Positions 37,052 to 47,018 of a stretch of DNA of 64,000 bases are shown here, one piece after another. Both the position numbers and the translations under genes were made by a program. Each line of letters begins with the position of its first letter. Positions within the stretch are counted from its first letter, which is position 1. Origin of the DNA: Thermoproteota archaeon (GTDB lineage Archaea; Thermoproteota; Thermoprotei_A; Sulfolobales; Ignicoccaceae); the NCBI GenBank assembly GCA_013154085.1, contig JAADDE010000057.1, positions 8 to 64,007 on the forward strand. The letters run 5' to 3'. The notes under the pieces were generated by a model that was given only the letters and a program-made list of their open reading frames with translations, ran no database searches and was not told where the DNA came from.

Positions 37052-37074
37052 GGGCCTCGACCCCGATAGGCTGA
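37022..37074 (+). ncRNA. Box C/D guide sRNA overlapping MNT 3' end
   Basis: C GTGATGA, guide ACCAGACTGAGG, D' CCGA, TGG, C' GTGAGGG (contains the stop), guide CCTCGACCCCGATAGG, D CTGA. Guides complement tRNA D-arm CUCAGUCUGGU and 16S 5' CUAUCGGGGU. Confidence 0.78.
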
Positions 37075-37117
37075 AGCCCCAATTTAACTGCCCCCTCTTG
37101 GGCGGCGAGGGCGAAGC

Positions 37118-37873
37118 TTGCTCAAGGTAGACCCCGCGAGGAGGCCTTGGTTGGTGGCCTACCTAACCCTATCCTACCCAGACCACGAGACGTTCTTGGA
37201 AGCGCTGGAGTATTTGAAAGACAAGGCAGAGTTGGTGGAGATAGGCATACCTCCAAGGTTTGCCAAGTACGACGGACCGACGATAAGGAGGAGCTACGAG
37301 GCTGTTCGCAATAAAGGAATAAGCTTGGAGAACTTCGAACGCTACCTCGAGGACGCGTGTGAGGTGCTCCCTCCAGAGAGACTTATAGCTATGACTTACT
37401 ACGAAGACATCAAGGAGAAGTACGACAAATTCTTGGACAAGGTCTGCGCCGGCGGAGTTCTCCTCGCCGACGCTGTGATCGACTTCACCGAAGAGCTGGA
37501 GGATATTACCGAAAAGGCGAGGGAGAAAGGCAAGAGCGTGGTCTTTTTCGTCTCGCCCACGACGCCGGACCACATAATAAAGAGGGTGGCGGAGCTCAGC
37601 GACCCGGTGCTCTACCTAGGGGTCAGGCCGGCCACGGGAATACCCCTGCCGGTCGGGATACCCAACTTGCTGAAGAGGATAAAATCATTAACCGACAAGT
37701 ACGTTGTAGTGGGCTTCGGGCTGAAGGAAGAGGAAGTTCCGGAAGCGGTTAGGAGCGGCGCCGACGGGATAGTGGTCGGAAGCGCGCTGGTTAAGGCGCT
37801 GAGCGAGGGCGTGGAAGAGTTCAAGAAAAAGGTTGACCACTACATCGAGCTGCTCACCCGCTCACGGGTATGA
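37118..37873 (+). CDS. trpA: Tryptophan synthase alpha chain
   Basis: VAYLT, EIGIP...YDGPTI, MTYY, VGFG, GADGIVVGSA. Confidence 0.92.
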   Translation: MLKVDPARRPWLVAYLTLSYPDHETFLEALEYLKDKAELVEIGIPPRFAKYDGPTIRRSYEAVRNKGISLENFERYLEDACEVLPPERLIAMTYYEDIKEKYDKFLDKVCAGGVLLADAVIDFTEELEDITEKAREKGKSVVFFVSPTTPDHIIKRVAELSDPVLYLGVRPATGIPLPVGIPNLLKRIKSLTDKYVVVGFGLKEEEVPEAVRSGADGIVVGSALVKALSEGVEEFKKKVDHYIELLTRSRV

Positions 37874-38144
37874 AGACCCCGTGGATTACTCCGCCAGTCA
37901 CGCTTAAGCTGAAGACTATTACCGACGTCACGGCGCTGGAAACCCCTCCGGCTATCGCGCAGTACGGCGCTCCCGCCGGGTAGATCAGCATGCACACGCC
38001 CCAAGAAAGCAGTCCCCCGACGCCTCCCGCTATGGTGCCGGCGCCGGCGGCCTGGAGGGCGTGGCGGGGGGCCAGCACGAAGGCGATGCCGCTTATCACG
38101 AGCAACGTTAATAGCACGGTGAGTACTATTGTTGTGACGTCCAA
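37854..38144 (-). CDS. Small hydrophobic Gly-zipper protein with paired Cys
   Basis: N-terminal TM, AAGAGTIAGGVGG, C-x10-C, AIAGGVSSA. Confidence 0.6.
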   Translation of the reverse strand: MDVTTIVLTVLLTLLVISGIAFVLAPRHALQAAGAGTIAGGVGGLLSWGVCMLIYPAGAPYCAIAGGVSSAVTSVIVFSLSVTGGVIHGVFIPVSG

Positions 38145-38186
38145 GGGCCCTCCCCAGTCCCCCGCGGGGCGGAGGCAATAAGAGGG

Positions 38187-38238
38187 TCGGTCGAGGTCGG
38201 TCTCTTCATCGCTCAGTTCCGCGGGACTCTCTCCTCAC
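38187..38238 (-). ncRNA. Box C/D guide sRNA
   Basis: C GTGAGGA, guide GAGAGTCCCGCGGAA, D' CTGA, GCG, C' ATGAAGA, guide GACCGACCTCGA, D CCGA. Second guide complements 23S AGGUCGGUC(UCU). Confidence 0.78.
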
Positions 38239-38293
38239 GCCCACTTCGAAAGCGGGATTTAGCTAAAATAGAGCGGGAGAACCGGGGAACTGG

Positions 38294-40024
38294 TTGCGCT
38301 GGCTTGCTGACGTGAGGACGGACGAGTTGCCGAACATACTGGCGGCGCTCGTGAAGAGGCCCGGCTACGACCAGCGTTTGGTGCTGCCCAAGGTTAGGAA
38401 GGCCGCCGAGCTCGTGGCAGGGAGGCTTGAGGTAAGGCTGCTGAGCCCCCAGAGGGGGGACGGGAAGGAGGCGGAGAAGATAAGGACCGGTTACTGGAGG
38501 GCCGCCGGCAAGTGGATCAGCTCGTGCTCGTGCTCCAAGACCTTCTACCCGTGCTACGGAGGGGCCGAGGGACTCTTCGACGCGCTCTCGTGCTTTCCAT
38601 TCTCTCACAAGGTTCACTACACGGTAGTCCCGGTGGCCCCCACGGAGGGGGCTGACATAAAGTTCCCTTGGTTCTTCACTAGGGCTTACCACTTTGCCAG
38701 AGGCGCGTTGCTCGGGGTCAGCCCCCCTCGCCGCTTCTTCGACTACGTGAGGCCGTACTACGGCCCCGGATGGTACAACGCCATGGAGGCCGGTCTGAGG
38801 GCGCTGAACCTGGCCTTCTCCTTGAGCACAGTCCCCTACAAGGTTGACGTAGCAGAGCAACTGCTCGCGGCCCTAGCGTACATACCAGTTAACTTAGAGG
38901 TTGGCATATACACCAGCAACCACCTAATGAGTGACCTCTACGGCCTTGCCGTTTCCTCCTTGGTGCTGGGAACTGCTTGGAGGCCTATGGCCCGCTTCTC
39001 TTGGAGGATCTTGGAGCCGCTCGCCTACGAGCTAAACAAGCAGCTCGACGGCTGGGACTACGAAGGGGCCACCGCCTACCACTTGCTCGTGCTGGAAGGA
39101 GCGTTGGCAACGCTCTACGTCGCTTCAATGACTGACAGGAGGTACGCAGAGAAGCTCTGGAGCATGACGAAGGCGGCTCTGAAGGAAGCTACGGAGCTCT
39201 TGGCCAGCATCACGTTGCCGGACGGGAGCTTCCCGCTGATAGGGGACAACGGAAGCGACAGGGCGCTGGTGCTCGAAAGCTTGGAGCTGGACTACACCTC
39301 GAGCATCACTGCGCTGGCACTGGCGAAGAGGCTCGGCCTGCTGGAGGCATTCCCCAAGCTCGAGGGGAAGGCTAGGGAGGAGGCGGAGCTGGTTCTGAGG
39401 GCCTTGGATGCCCCCTACCCGGAGGAGGGGAGCTTCAGCTCCTCGAGGCCGTGGCTCCACTCCTACAACGACGGAAGGCTTCTGGTAACGCTGGCTTGTG
39501 CGAGGTCTGAAAAGGGAGCTCCGACGGGCCACCATCACGACGACAAGGGCTCCTTCACTATATGGAAGGACGGCTGGGTGGTCGTGGACCCCGGCGTCTT
39601 CACCTACACGGGAATGAAAAACGTAAGAGATCTCATGAGGTCCCACTTCTTCCACTCCACGCTCAAGAGGTGCTGTAGCTTTCCCGGAGCGTTCAGCGCC
39701 CGTTGCGAGGCGCTGTGCAGGTTCTACGGATACATGAAGGTGGAGGTTGTAGAGGGCTGGAAGAGGGAAATTAGCATAAAGAATGACAGGGTAATGATTA
39801 AGGATATATTAAACTCTAGAGGATCGATGAGCTTGATGTTGGTAAACGAGCCCGAAGAGACCCCCGAGGGGCTGAGGTTGCCGAACGCGATGCTCAAGCT
39901 GCCGGGCTCCTACGAAGTGAAGGAAGCCTTCTTCTCCCCGGCCTACGGAATCCTGAGGAAGGGATACCTAGTAAGGGTGCACGACGTCGGTCCCGGCGAG
40001 GCGGTGACGGAGGTGGTCCTTTGA
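38294..40024 (+). CDS. Heparinase II/III-like (alginate-lyase fold) protein
   Basis: SNHLMSD, YEGATAYH, PDGSFPLIGD, GHHHDDKGSF, VDPGVFTY, RSHFFHST, FSPAYG. Confidence 0.8.
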   Translation: MRWLADVRTDELPNILAALVKRPGYDQRLVLPKVRKAAELVAGRLEVRLLSPQRGDGKEAEKIRTGYWRAAGKWISSCSCSKTFYPCYGGAEGLFDALSCFPFSHKVHYTVVPVAPTEGADIKFPWFFTRAYHFARGALLGVSPPRRFFDYVRPYYGPGWYNAMEAGLRALNLAFSLSTVPYKVDVAEQLLAALAYIPVNLEVGIYTSNHLMSDLYGLAVSSLVLGTAWRPMARFSWRILEPLAYELNKQLDGWDYEGATAYHLLVLEGALATLYVASMTDRRYAEKLWSMTKAALKEATELLASITLPDGSFPLIGDNGSDRALVLESLELDYTSSITALALAKRLGLLEAFPKLEGKAREEAELVLRALDAPYPEEGSFSSSRPWLHSYNDGRLLVTLACARSEKGAPTGHHHDDKGSFTIWKDGWVVVDPGVFTYTGMKNVRDLMRSHFFHSTLKRCCSFPGAFSARCEALCRFYGYMKVEVVEGWKREISIKNDRVMIKDILNSRGSMSLMLVNEPEETPEGLRLPNAMLKLPGSYEVKEAFFSPAYGILRKGYLVRVHDVGPGEAVTEVVL

Positions 40025-40263
40025 GGGCCGTTCTGGCGCTGATTATGCTCATCGCCCTGGCTCTGCTGTTCGGCAGATACTTCTTCTTACTTCTAGGAAT
40101 AGCTACGTATTTGCTGTTGCTGTACCTTGCCTATAAGGTGGTGGTGTTCCACGGCAGGGTGCTCAAGGCGGGGAGGAGCACGGAGCACTACGCTGAGGAG
40201 CTGGTCAGAGAGCTTAAGGCTTTGGTGAGGGTAATACATAAACTGAAGGTCAGAAAGCGATAA
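40021..40263 (+). CDS. Small membrane protein
   Basis: Two hydrophobic segments; 4-nt overlap with upstream gene. Confidence 0.6.
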   Translation: MRAVLALIMLIALALLFGRYFFLLLGIATYLLLLYLAYKVVVFHGRVLKAGRSTEHYAEELVRELKALVRVIHKLKVRKR

Positions 40264-40308
40264 CCATAAAACGCTTACAGGGTCTCTGCTAATCTGAGAT
40301 GAGTTGCG

Positions 40309-40953
40309 ATGAGGCGGACCGAGCGCTTGGTCGTGCTCGCCCGCTTCGTGGGCAAGAAGGGCTACACCGACCCCTCCCTCCTGGCCCTCCTCGGCGCTAG
40401 GGAGTACTACCGGGAGGTTAAAACTTGCGCGAAGGGCGGCGCGTCGCTCAGCGTGGCCCCCCTGGGGGTCCCGGAGGAGGAAGCAACCGGAATGGTTACC
40501 TTAACGAAGTTCAAGGGCAAGGCGAAGGTTTCCCTATACCTCCGCTCCGGCGACGGCTTCGTGAGGGAGAGTCTGCGCCACGTCTCAGACATTATTTTTG
40601 AGGTCGTCCCCAGCTTTAAGAGACTTTACGTAGTAAGGTCGCCCAACTACGAAGGAATACCGATAGCGGACAAGCTCTGGAGGTGGCTCTGGGAGGGCCA
40701 CTCGCCGGACGGGAAGGTGTTTTACTTAGACATTCGGGCTTCTGGAAGATTGAGGAAGAAGCTCGAGCTGATGGCCTTGAGGAGCGGCGCCTTCGTGCTG
40801 AACAGATGCTTGGAAAGGCTCGAGACCAACGTCGTGAAGAGGGCCGAGGAGCTGGAGAGGTTCGAAAAAGAAACGAGAGTCTGGGCGGACAGCATGTACT
40901 TGTGCAAGTTCGACGGCTCTTGCTTCGGCATGAGGGACGTTATTGGAAGCTAG
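40309..40953 (+). CDS. Hypothetical protein
   Basis: 214-aa ORF, host-like codon use, no recognised motif. Confidence 0.6.
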   Translation: MRRTERLVVLARFVGKKGYTDPSLLALLGAREYYREVKTCAKGGASLSVAPLGVPEEEATGMVTLTKFKGKAKVSLYLRSGDGFVRESLRHVSDIIFEVVPSFKRLYVVRSPNYEGIPIADKLWRWLWEGHSPDGKVFYLDIRASGRLRKKLELMALRSGAFVLNRCLERLETNVVKRAEELERFEKETRVWADSMYLCKFDGSCFGMRDVIGS

Positions 40954-41768
40954 AGAAGGGCCGCCTCCAGCGAGTTGCAACAGCTACACTTCTTCGGCTC
41001 CTCCGGTATCCTCGGTATCAGCTCGTAGAGCAACCTCTTCGCGTTCTCGGTGTTCCTCTTCATAGTTTCTATGACTTCCTGCGCCGTTACGGGCCTCTCG
41101 GCCCACACGTCGTAGTCTGTAATCATCGCTATGGTAGCGTAGCAAGTCTGGGCCTCGCACGCCAAGTTTACTTCCGGCACCAGAGTCATGCCTATTATAT
41201 CCGCCTTAAACACGTCCTTCCATATCCTGCTCTCTGCCCTCGTAGAGAATCGCGGCCCTTCTATGCAAACGTAAGTCCCTTTGCTGTGGACCGCTATTCC
41301 CAGCTCCTTAGCCGTTTCATAAGCCAGCCTGCGCAAGTCCTCGCAGAACGGGTCAGCCATGCTGACGTGGGCTACCACCGGGCCCTCGAAGAACGTATAT
41401 TCCCTCTTCTTTGTCATGTCTATAAACTGGTCGGGAATTACAAAGTCGCCGGGCTTGTAGTCCTCTCTGAGGCTCCCTACGGCAGACACGGAAATTATCC
41501 ACTTAACGCCCAAGCTCTTCAGCGCCCATATGTTGGCCCTGTAGTTGACTCTATGGGGCGGAACCTTGTGGCCCCTGCCGTGCCTCGGTAGGAAGGCAAC
41601 GCTCCTTCCCTTTACCTTACCTACGATTATATTGTCGCTTGGCAAGCCGTAGGGCGTGTACACCTTTATCTCCTTGGATTCCTCAAAGAACTCCGGGTCG
41701 TAGAGCCCGGACCCTCCGATGACGGCTATTTCTGCGCTGGCTCCGGGTTCGGGAGGGAATGCCGGCAA
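40950..41768 (-). CDS. mtnP: S-methyl-5'-thioadenosine phosphorylase
   Basis: [29 protein letters not shown]. Confidence 0.95.
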   Translation of the reverse strand: MPAFPPEPGASAEIAVIGGSGLYDPEFFEESKEIKVYTPYGLPSDNIIVGKVKGRSVAFLPRHGRGHKVPPHRVNYRANIWALKSLGVKWIISVSAVGSLREDYKPGDFVIPDQFIDMTKKREYTFFEGPVVAHVSMADPFCEDLRRLAYETAKELGIAVHSKGTYVCIEGPRFSTRAESRIWKDVFKADIIGMTLVPEVNLACEAQTCYATIAMITDYDVWAERPVTAQEVIETMKRNTENAKRLLYELIPRIPEEPKKCSCCNSLEAALL

Positions 41769-41848
41769 GGCTCGCTCCCCCCAAAGGCGCGACTAAAGCC
41801 TTTTTCTGCATCCTACGATACCCGCAAGGATAGAGACCATGAAAGGAG

Positions 41849-43021
41849 GTGGGATCCGTGGTGTTCGTAGAACCGCCCGAGGAGTGGGAAGAGGAGACCA
41901 GGCTGATTCACGGAGGAGAGTATAGGGATTCGGAGACGGGCTCTATAGTAACGCCGATCTTCGTGTCCGTAATATACAAGTACCCAGAGGGGAACCCCTA
42001 CGGCTACAAGTATGCCCGGAACTCAAGCCCAACGATAGAAGCCTTGGAAAGGAAGCTCGCATCCGCTGAAAGGTCTGCCGAGGCGGTCGCGTTCTCCAGC
42101 GGCATGGCCGCTATAAGCTCCGCCTCCTTCGGGCTACTGAAGCCGGGCTCCAAGCTCGTTACCACTAAAGATATCTACGGCACCACGTATGAGTTCTTCG
42201 TATCCTTCTTGATGAATTATGGAATAGAGGTAGACGAAAAGGGCATAGGAGAGGGCGTCCTCGAGAGGATAGACAAGAAAACAGACGTAGTGTTTGTAGA
42301 GACCATAAGCAATCCTCTGCTTCTCGTCCCTCCGGTGGACGAGATAGCCAAGGCGTGCGAGGAGGTCGGGGCGAAGCTAATAGTGGACAACACCTTCGCC
42401 ACTCCGATAAACTTCCTCCCTCTGGAGGTCGGAGCTTACGGGGTGGTCCACAGCGCCAGCAAGTACTTGGCGGGACACAACGACGTCTTGGGAGGATCCT
42501 TCGCAACCAACGACAAAAAATTTGCAATGGATCTGAGAAACGTTAGAAGGATATTGGGCGGAATACCGGACCCCCAGCAAGCATATTTCATCATAAGGGG
42601 GCTGAAGACGCTGCACGTGAGGGTCAGATACCAGAATGAGGCCGCTCTGCAAGTGGCCAAGTTCCTCCGGGACCACCCGAAGGTAGAGAAGGTCTACTAT
42701 CCTTGCCTCGACGACCACCCAAGCTACTCTGTGGCCAAGCGCTTGCTGAAGGGGTGCGGCGGCGTGGTCAGCTTCGAGGTTAAGGGAAACGGCTTCGACG
42801 CTATAAAGGTAATGAAGAAAGTCAGAGTGATTCAGCGCACGGCCTCTCTAGGAGGAGTGGAGAGCATCATAACACACCCGGCAACTATGACGCACCACAC
42901 CATACCTCCGGAGGTGCGGAAGGAGCTTGGAATAAAGGACAACCTCTTGAGGTTGAGCGTGGGATTGGAGAACGTGGAGGACTTGGTGAGAGATCTGGAC
43001 CAAGCGCTTTCTTCGATTTAG
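41849..43021 (+). CDS. Cystathionine gamma-synthase family PLP enzyme
   Basis: [41 protein letters not shown]. Confidence 0.92.
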   Translation: MGSVVFVEPPEEWEEETRLIHGGEYRDSETGSIVTPIFVSVIYKYPEGNPYGYKYARNSSPTIEALERKLASAERSAEAVAFSSGMAAISSASFGLLKPGSKLVTTKDIYGTTYEFFVSFLMNYGIEVDEKGIGEGVLERIDKKTDVVFVETISNPLLLVPPVDEIAKACEEVGAKLIVDNTFATPINFLPLEVGAYGVVHSASKYLAGHNDVLGGSFATNDKKFAMDLRNVRRILGGIPDPQQAYFIIRGLKTLHVRVRYQNEAALQVAKFLRDHPKVEKVYYPCLDDHPSYSVAKRLLKGCGGVVSFEVKGNGFDAIKVMKKVRVIQRTASLGGVESIITHPATMTHHTIPPEVRKELGIKDNLLRLSVGLENVEDLVRDLDQALSSI

Positions 43022-44298
43022 AGGTTGAGCACGCTCTGATAGTTGCCCAAGTCCAGCAGGCCATGACCGCTGAGGTTGAACAGTATTACAATCTCTTCGT
43101 TCTTCTTCTTGGCTTCCAAGGCAAGATCTATAACGGCTTTTATGGCATGGTTGGTTTCGGGCGCCGGCACTATTCCTTCTGCGCGGGCGAAGAGCCTCCC
43201 CGCCTCGAAGCACTCCCTCTGCTCGTACTCCTTAATCTCTATCCATCCTTCCTCGTACAGTAGGGATATCGTGGGAGCCACCCCGTGGTACCTCAGCCCC
43301 CCGGCGTAGATCGGGGGCGGCGTGAAGGAGTGGCCCAGCGTGTGCATCTTTAGCTGGGGCAGGAGGCCGGCGGCGTCGGCGAAGTCGTATTCATACTTGC
43401 CCCTGCTGAACTTCGGGACCTCAGAGGGAGTTACGCCTATGTACCTCCTCCTCTTCTCTCTAGGATCCTTCGTCCTCTGGAGCTCCTCCCCGAGGAACGG
43501 GAACACCAACCCGCCGAAGTTGGACCCGCCGCCTATGCACGCCACCAGCACGTCCGGGTCCTCGCCGATCTCCTCCATCTGCTTCATTGCCTCTAGACCT
43601 ATTATGCTCTGGTGCAACATGACGAAATTCATAACCGACCCCACGCCGTACCTCCAGTTCCTCTTCAGAGCGTACTCTATCGCCTCGCTCATGGCTATTC
43701 CCAAGCTGCCGGGGTGGTCCGGATCCTCTTCTAAGATCTTCCTTCCGAACTCGGTCTCGGTGCTCGGCGAGGGAGTTACGTCAGCCCCGTAGAGCCTCAT
43801 GATCACCCTTCGGTAGGGCTTCTGGTGGTAGCTGCTCCTCACCATAAACACCTTCACCGGCATGTCGTACATCGCTCCGGCCAGAGCCAGAGCGGTTCCC
43901 CACTGGCCGGCCCCGGTTTCCGTGGTCAGCCCCTCCACGCCCTCCTCTTTCGCGTAGTGCGCTTGTGGTATTGCAGTGTTTATCTTGTGGCTGCCGGTGG
44001 GCGTGGCGCCTTCGTACTTGAAGTATATCCTAGCCGGGGTGTCCAGCAGCTTCTCAAGCCTTCTGGCCCTCATGAGAGGCGTGGGCCTCCCGATCTCCTT
44101 GTACGCTTCCAGCACCTCCTCCGGTATGGGCACCCAGCGCTCGACTGTGTTTTCCTGCCATATGAGCTTCTCCGGCAACACCTTTAGGAGGAGCTCTATT
44201 CGCGAGAACTCCCTCTCGGCTCCCTCAGGATCCCTAGGAGGGGCAAGGGGCTTGGGCAAGTCCGGGAGTATGTTGTACCACTTCGTGGGGAGCTCCAC
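43018..44298 (-). CDS. trpB: Tryptophan synthase beta chain, TrpB2 type
   Basis: [40 protein letters not shown]. Confidence 0.95.
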   Translation of the reverse strand: MELPTKWYNILPDLPKPLAPPRDPEGAEREFSRIELLLKVLPEKLIWQENTVERWVPIPEEVLEAYKEIGRPTPLMRARRLEKLLDTPARIYFKYEGATPTGSHKINTAIPQAHYAKEEGVEGLTTETGAGQWGTALALAGAMYDMPVKVFMVRSSYHQKPYRRVIMRLYGADVTPSPSTETEFGRKILEEDPDHPGSLGIAMSEAIEYALKRNWRYGVGSVMNFVMLHQSIIGLEAMKQMEEIGEDPDVLVACIGGGSNFGGLVFPFLGEELQRTKDPREKRRRYIGVTPSEVPKFSRGKYEYDFADAAGLLPQLKMHTLGHSFTPPPIYAGGLRYHGVAPTISLLYEEGWIEIKEYEQRECFEAGRLFARAEGIVPAPETNHAIKAVIDLALEAKKKNEEIVILFNLSGHGLLDLGNYQSVLNL

Positions 44299-44342
44299 TC
44301 CTCGTACCCCGTGGGCTGTTAGGGGGGAAAATAAAGGGGTCC

Positions 44343-44756
44343 TCAGCCCAGCGAGCTCTTAATTTTCTTAACGATCTCCTCTGCCTCTTCCTCGCTGTAC
44401 TTCTTAGGCGTGTACTCGAACCTCAGCTCGTCCGGCGAGTACCGCGGGACCACGTGGACGTGGAAGTGGAAGACCACTTGCCCGGCCACCTCTTCAGCGT
44501 TCGTGATTACGTTAACCCCCTTGGCTCCCAGCCCATTCACCACAGCTTCGGATATCTTCTTCGCCACTTTGAAGACTTTGGCAACCACTTCATCGGGCGC
44601 GTCTAGTATGTTCCTATAGTGCTTCTTAGGGATTACCAGCGTGTGGCCCGGCGTTGCGGGATTTATGTCCAAGAACGCCATCACTTCTTCGTCTTCATAG
44701 ACCTTCCAGGAGGGGAGCTCGCCCCTCACTATCCTGCAGAACACACACTCGCTCAA
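44343..44756 (-). CDS. HIT family hydrolase
   Basis: [21 protein letters not shown]. Confidence 0.95.
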   Translation of the reverse strand: MSECVFCRIVRGELPSWKVYEDEEVMAFLDINPATPGHTLVIPKKHYRNILDAPDEVVAKVFKVAKKISEAVVNGLGAKGVNVITNAEEVAGQVVFHFHVHVVPRYSPDELRFEYTPKKYSEEEAEEIVKKIKSSLG

Positions 44757-44796
44757 GGCTCCCGGCCCGTCTAAGAAAGCCCGCGAGTTAAAGGGC

Positions 44797-45087
44797 TTAG
44801 GCGCGCTGAACGCTGCTTACGGCTATCTCGGTGGGGATCTTTTGGAGCTTGACCTCCAATACCTCCACAACCTTTTCGAGCTTCTTCGAGAGCCATTCGA
44901 CGTCCTTCTTCCTACCGCTTATCCTTAGGCTGACCTCCTTCGTTTCTCCGGAGTCTATTACAGCCATGTCGTGGAACTGCACCGGCGCCTTCCTCACCAC
45001 GTGTATCGCTCTGGCGAGCCCGTCCAGACCTCCGTCAACGGCTGCGTATATGGAGAACCGAATTACATAGGTTTCCATCTCGCTCAT
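44797..45087 (-). CDS. ACT-domain protein, probable acetolactate synthase regulatory subunit
   Basis: Directly downstream of ilvB; DGLAR...KKLEKVVEVLEV ACT-like pattern. Confidence 0.65.
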   Translation of the reverse strand: MSEMETYVIRFSIYAAVDGGLDGLARAIHVVRKAPVQFHDMAVIDSGETKEVSLRISGRKKDVEWLSKKLEKVVEVLEVKLQKIPTEIAVSSVQRA

Positions 45088-45098
45088 GGCCGTTCACC

Positions 45099-46841
45099 TC
45101 ACACCGTTATGCCCGCAGCTTGCTCGGGGGTTAAGATAAGGTTCTCGGGTGAGATGACTTTGCCCGGTGCTACCATCGGCAGTACCATTATGTCCGGGTC
45201 CACTATGTAGTCTATTACCAGCGCCTCTCCCTGGGCGACCCTCCTTATCGCCTTCCTCATCTCATCATAGCTCTCCGGCCTCACGCCTTCTATGCCGAAG
45301 CTCTCCGCGAGTTTGACGAAGTCTGGTAAGTATGCCAAGTTCTCCCCAACTCTGCGCTGACTGAAGAAGAGGTCCTGCCACTGGCGTATCAGCTGGAGGG
45401 AGCCGTTGTCGAACACCAGCACGCCGACGTTCAATCCGTACTGCTTGACCGTAGCCAAGTTCTGAGAGGTCATGAGGAAGCTGCCGTCACCGTCTATGTC
45501 CAGCACGGGCTTGTCACGCGCTGCGGCCTTCGCGCCTATCGCGGCAGGGAAGCCGTAGCCCATGGTGCCCAGCCCTCCGCTGGTCAGATACGTTCCGGGC
45601 GTGTAGACGGGGTAGTGAAGGGCGGCCCACATCTGGTGTCCGCCAACGCCCGTCGTAACAATGGCATCCCTCGGCATTTCCTCTCTTACTATCTTCAGCA
45701 CCTTCCACGGCTTCATGCCCCTTCCTCTCTCCTTCAGCAGTAGCTCCCACGCATGCTGGCCGAACTCTCTGGCCTTCCTTATCAACGGAACCTCCTCGTT
45801 TCTCTTAAACTTAAGTCCGTCTACAATGTAGTTTATCAATATCTTGAGTGCTTCCTTCGCGTCCCCAACTATTCCAACGTCCGGGTCTATGTTCTTCCCT
45901 ATCTCACTCTTGTCAACGTCGATGTGGATTATCTTCTTCCCCCTGCGGAACTCCTCGAAGTTGCCGACCGTTCTGTCGGAGAACCTTGTCCCCACTGCCA
46001 ATACTACGTCGGCGTTGTAGAGAGCGTAGTTCGCTTCCGGCCTTCCGTGCATTCCGGCGTTTCCGAGCACCAGCGGGTGGTCCGCCGGGACGGCGTTCTT
46101 GCCCATCAGTGTAGTAACGATGGGAGCCATCAAGATTTCTGCAAGCCTCAGCACCTCCTCAGTAGCAAACGACCACCAGACCCCTCCGCCGGCGAGTATT
46201 ATGGGGTTTTCGGCCTCCACTAGAAGCTTTGCAGCCTTCATGAGGGCATCTGGGTTGGGCTTAGGAGGATCGGGGCGGTATCCGGGTATCCACTCCTTTA
46301 GGAGTTCTTCGTCGCTGGGCCAGTTAAATTCTATGTCGACTCTCCAGAAGTCCCTCGGCACGTCGACCAGCACCGGACCCGGCCTGTTAGTAACAGCGAT
46401 CATCTTCGCGGCCCTAATGGCCCACGTTACGTGCTCCGGCTTCCTGACGAGCATGCTGTGTTTCGTTATGGGCATAGTTACGCCGACCACGTCAGTCTCT
46501 TGGAAGGCGTCCCTTCCCATGACTACGGTGGGCACTTGCCCGGTTATCGCTATCATTGGGGCGCTGTCCATGTAGGCGTTGGCGAGCCCGGTGACGAGGT
46601 TCGTGGCCCCCGGACCGGAGGTCGCGAAGGCCACACCGGGCACCTTCCTCTTGACCCTTCCGAAGGCGTCGGCGGCGTGCGCCGCGCCCTGCTCGTGCCT
46701 CATCAGTATCACTTCGACGTCGTGGTCGGGTATCTTTTCGTAGAGCCCTAGGTTGGCGCTTCCGGGTATTCCGAAAGCGATCTTGAGACCCTCCTTTTCG
46801 AGGGCAGTCAGCAGGGCATCAGAGACCAGCACCTCTACCAC
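45099..46841 (-). CDS. ilvB: Acetolactate synthase large subunit
   Basis: RHEQGAAHAA, TSGPGATN, AFQETD, SGGLGTMGYG, GDGSF...N. Confidence 0.96.
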   Translation of the reverse strand: MVEVLVSDALLTALEKEGLKIAFGIPGSANLGLYEKIPDHDVEVILMRHEQGAAHAADAFGRVKRKVPGVAFATSGPGATNLVTGLANAYMDSAPMIAITGQVPTVVMGRDAFQETDVVGVTMPITKHSMLVRKPEHVTWAIRAAKMIAVTNRPGPVLVDVPRDFWRVDIEFNWPSDEELLKEWIPGYRPDPPKPNPDALMKAAKLLVEAENPIILAGGGVWWSFATEEVLRLAEILMAPIVTTLMGKNAVPADHPLVLGNAGMHGRPEANYALYNADVVLAVGTRFSDRTVGNFEEFRRGKKIIHIDVDKSEIGKNIDPDVGIVGDAKEALKILINYIVDGLKFKRNEEVPLIRKAREFGQHAWELLLKERGRGMKPWKVLKIVREEMPRDAIVTTGVGGHQMWAALHYPVYTPGTYLTSGGLGTMGYGFPAAIGAKAAARDKPVLDIDGDGSFLMTSQNLATVKQYGLNVGVLVFDNGSLQLIRQWQDLFFSQRRVGENLAYLPDFVKLAESFGIEGVRPESYDEMRKAIRRVAQGEALVIDYIVDPDIMVLPMVAPGKVISPENLILTPEQAAGITV

Positions 46842-46869
46842 CTCCTCTCACTCTCTGAGGTATGGACGA

Positions 46870-46962
46870 GGGCCTGCGCCCTTGGAACGCGGACTTTCGG
46901 GTTCGGGTTACCGCAATTCCAAGGCATCAGCCCACGCGCGGGGGACCGGAGGAGTATTTATA
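46870..46962 (-). promoter_or_regulatory. ilvB promoter (TATAAATA 46962-46955) and structured 5' leader hairpin (46933-46870)
   Basis: Long imperfect stem GGGCTG..CCTTGGAA..GCGG / CCGC..TTCCAAGG..CAGGCCC starting about 22 nt after the TATA box. Confidence 0.55.
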
Positions 46963-47018
46963 CTGAACGTCTGGCTTGCGGAGCGTTACCGGTTATAGGC
47001 GGGCGTATACGTCAGACC

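Noticed and set aside
40290-40325. CTGA/ATGAG/CCGA box-like words before the 214-aa ORF
   Set aside because: No proper C box or guide spacing and no recognisable target
46836-46928. 30-codon uORF in the ilvB leader (MPWNCGNPNPK...)
   Set aside because: No run of Ile/Leu/Val codons, so a classic attenuator peptide is unsupported
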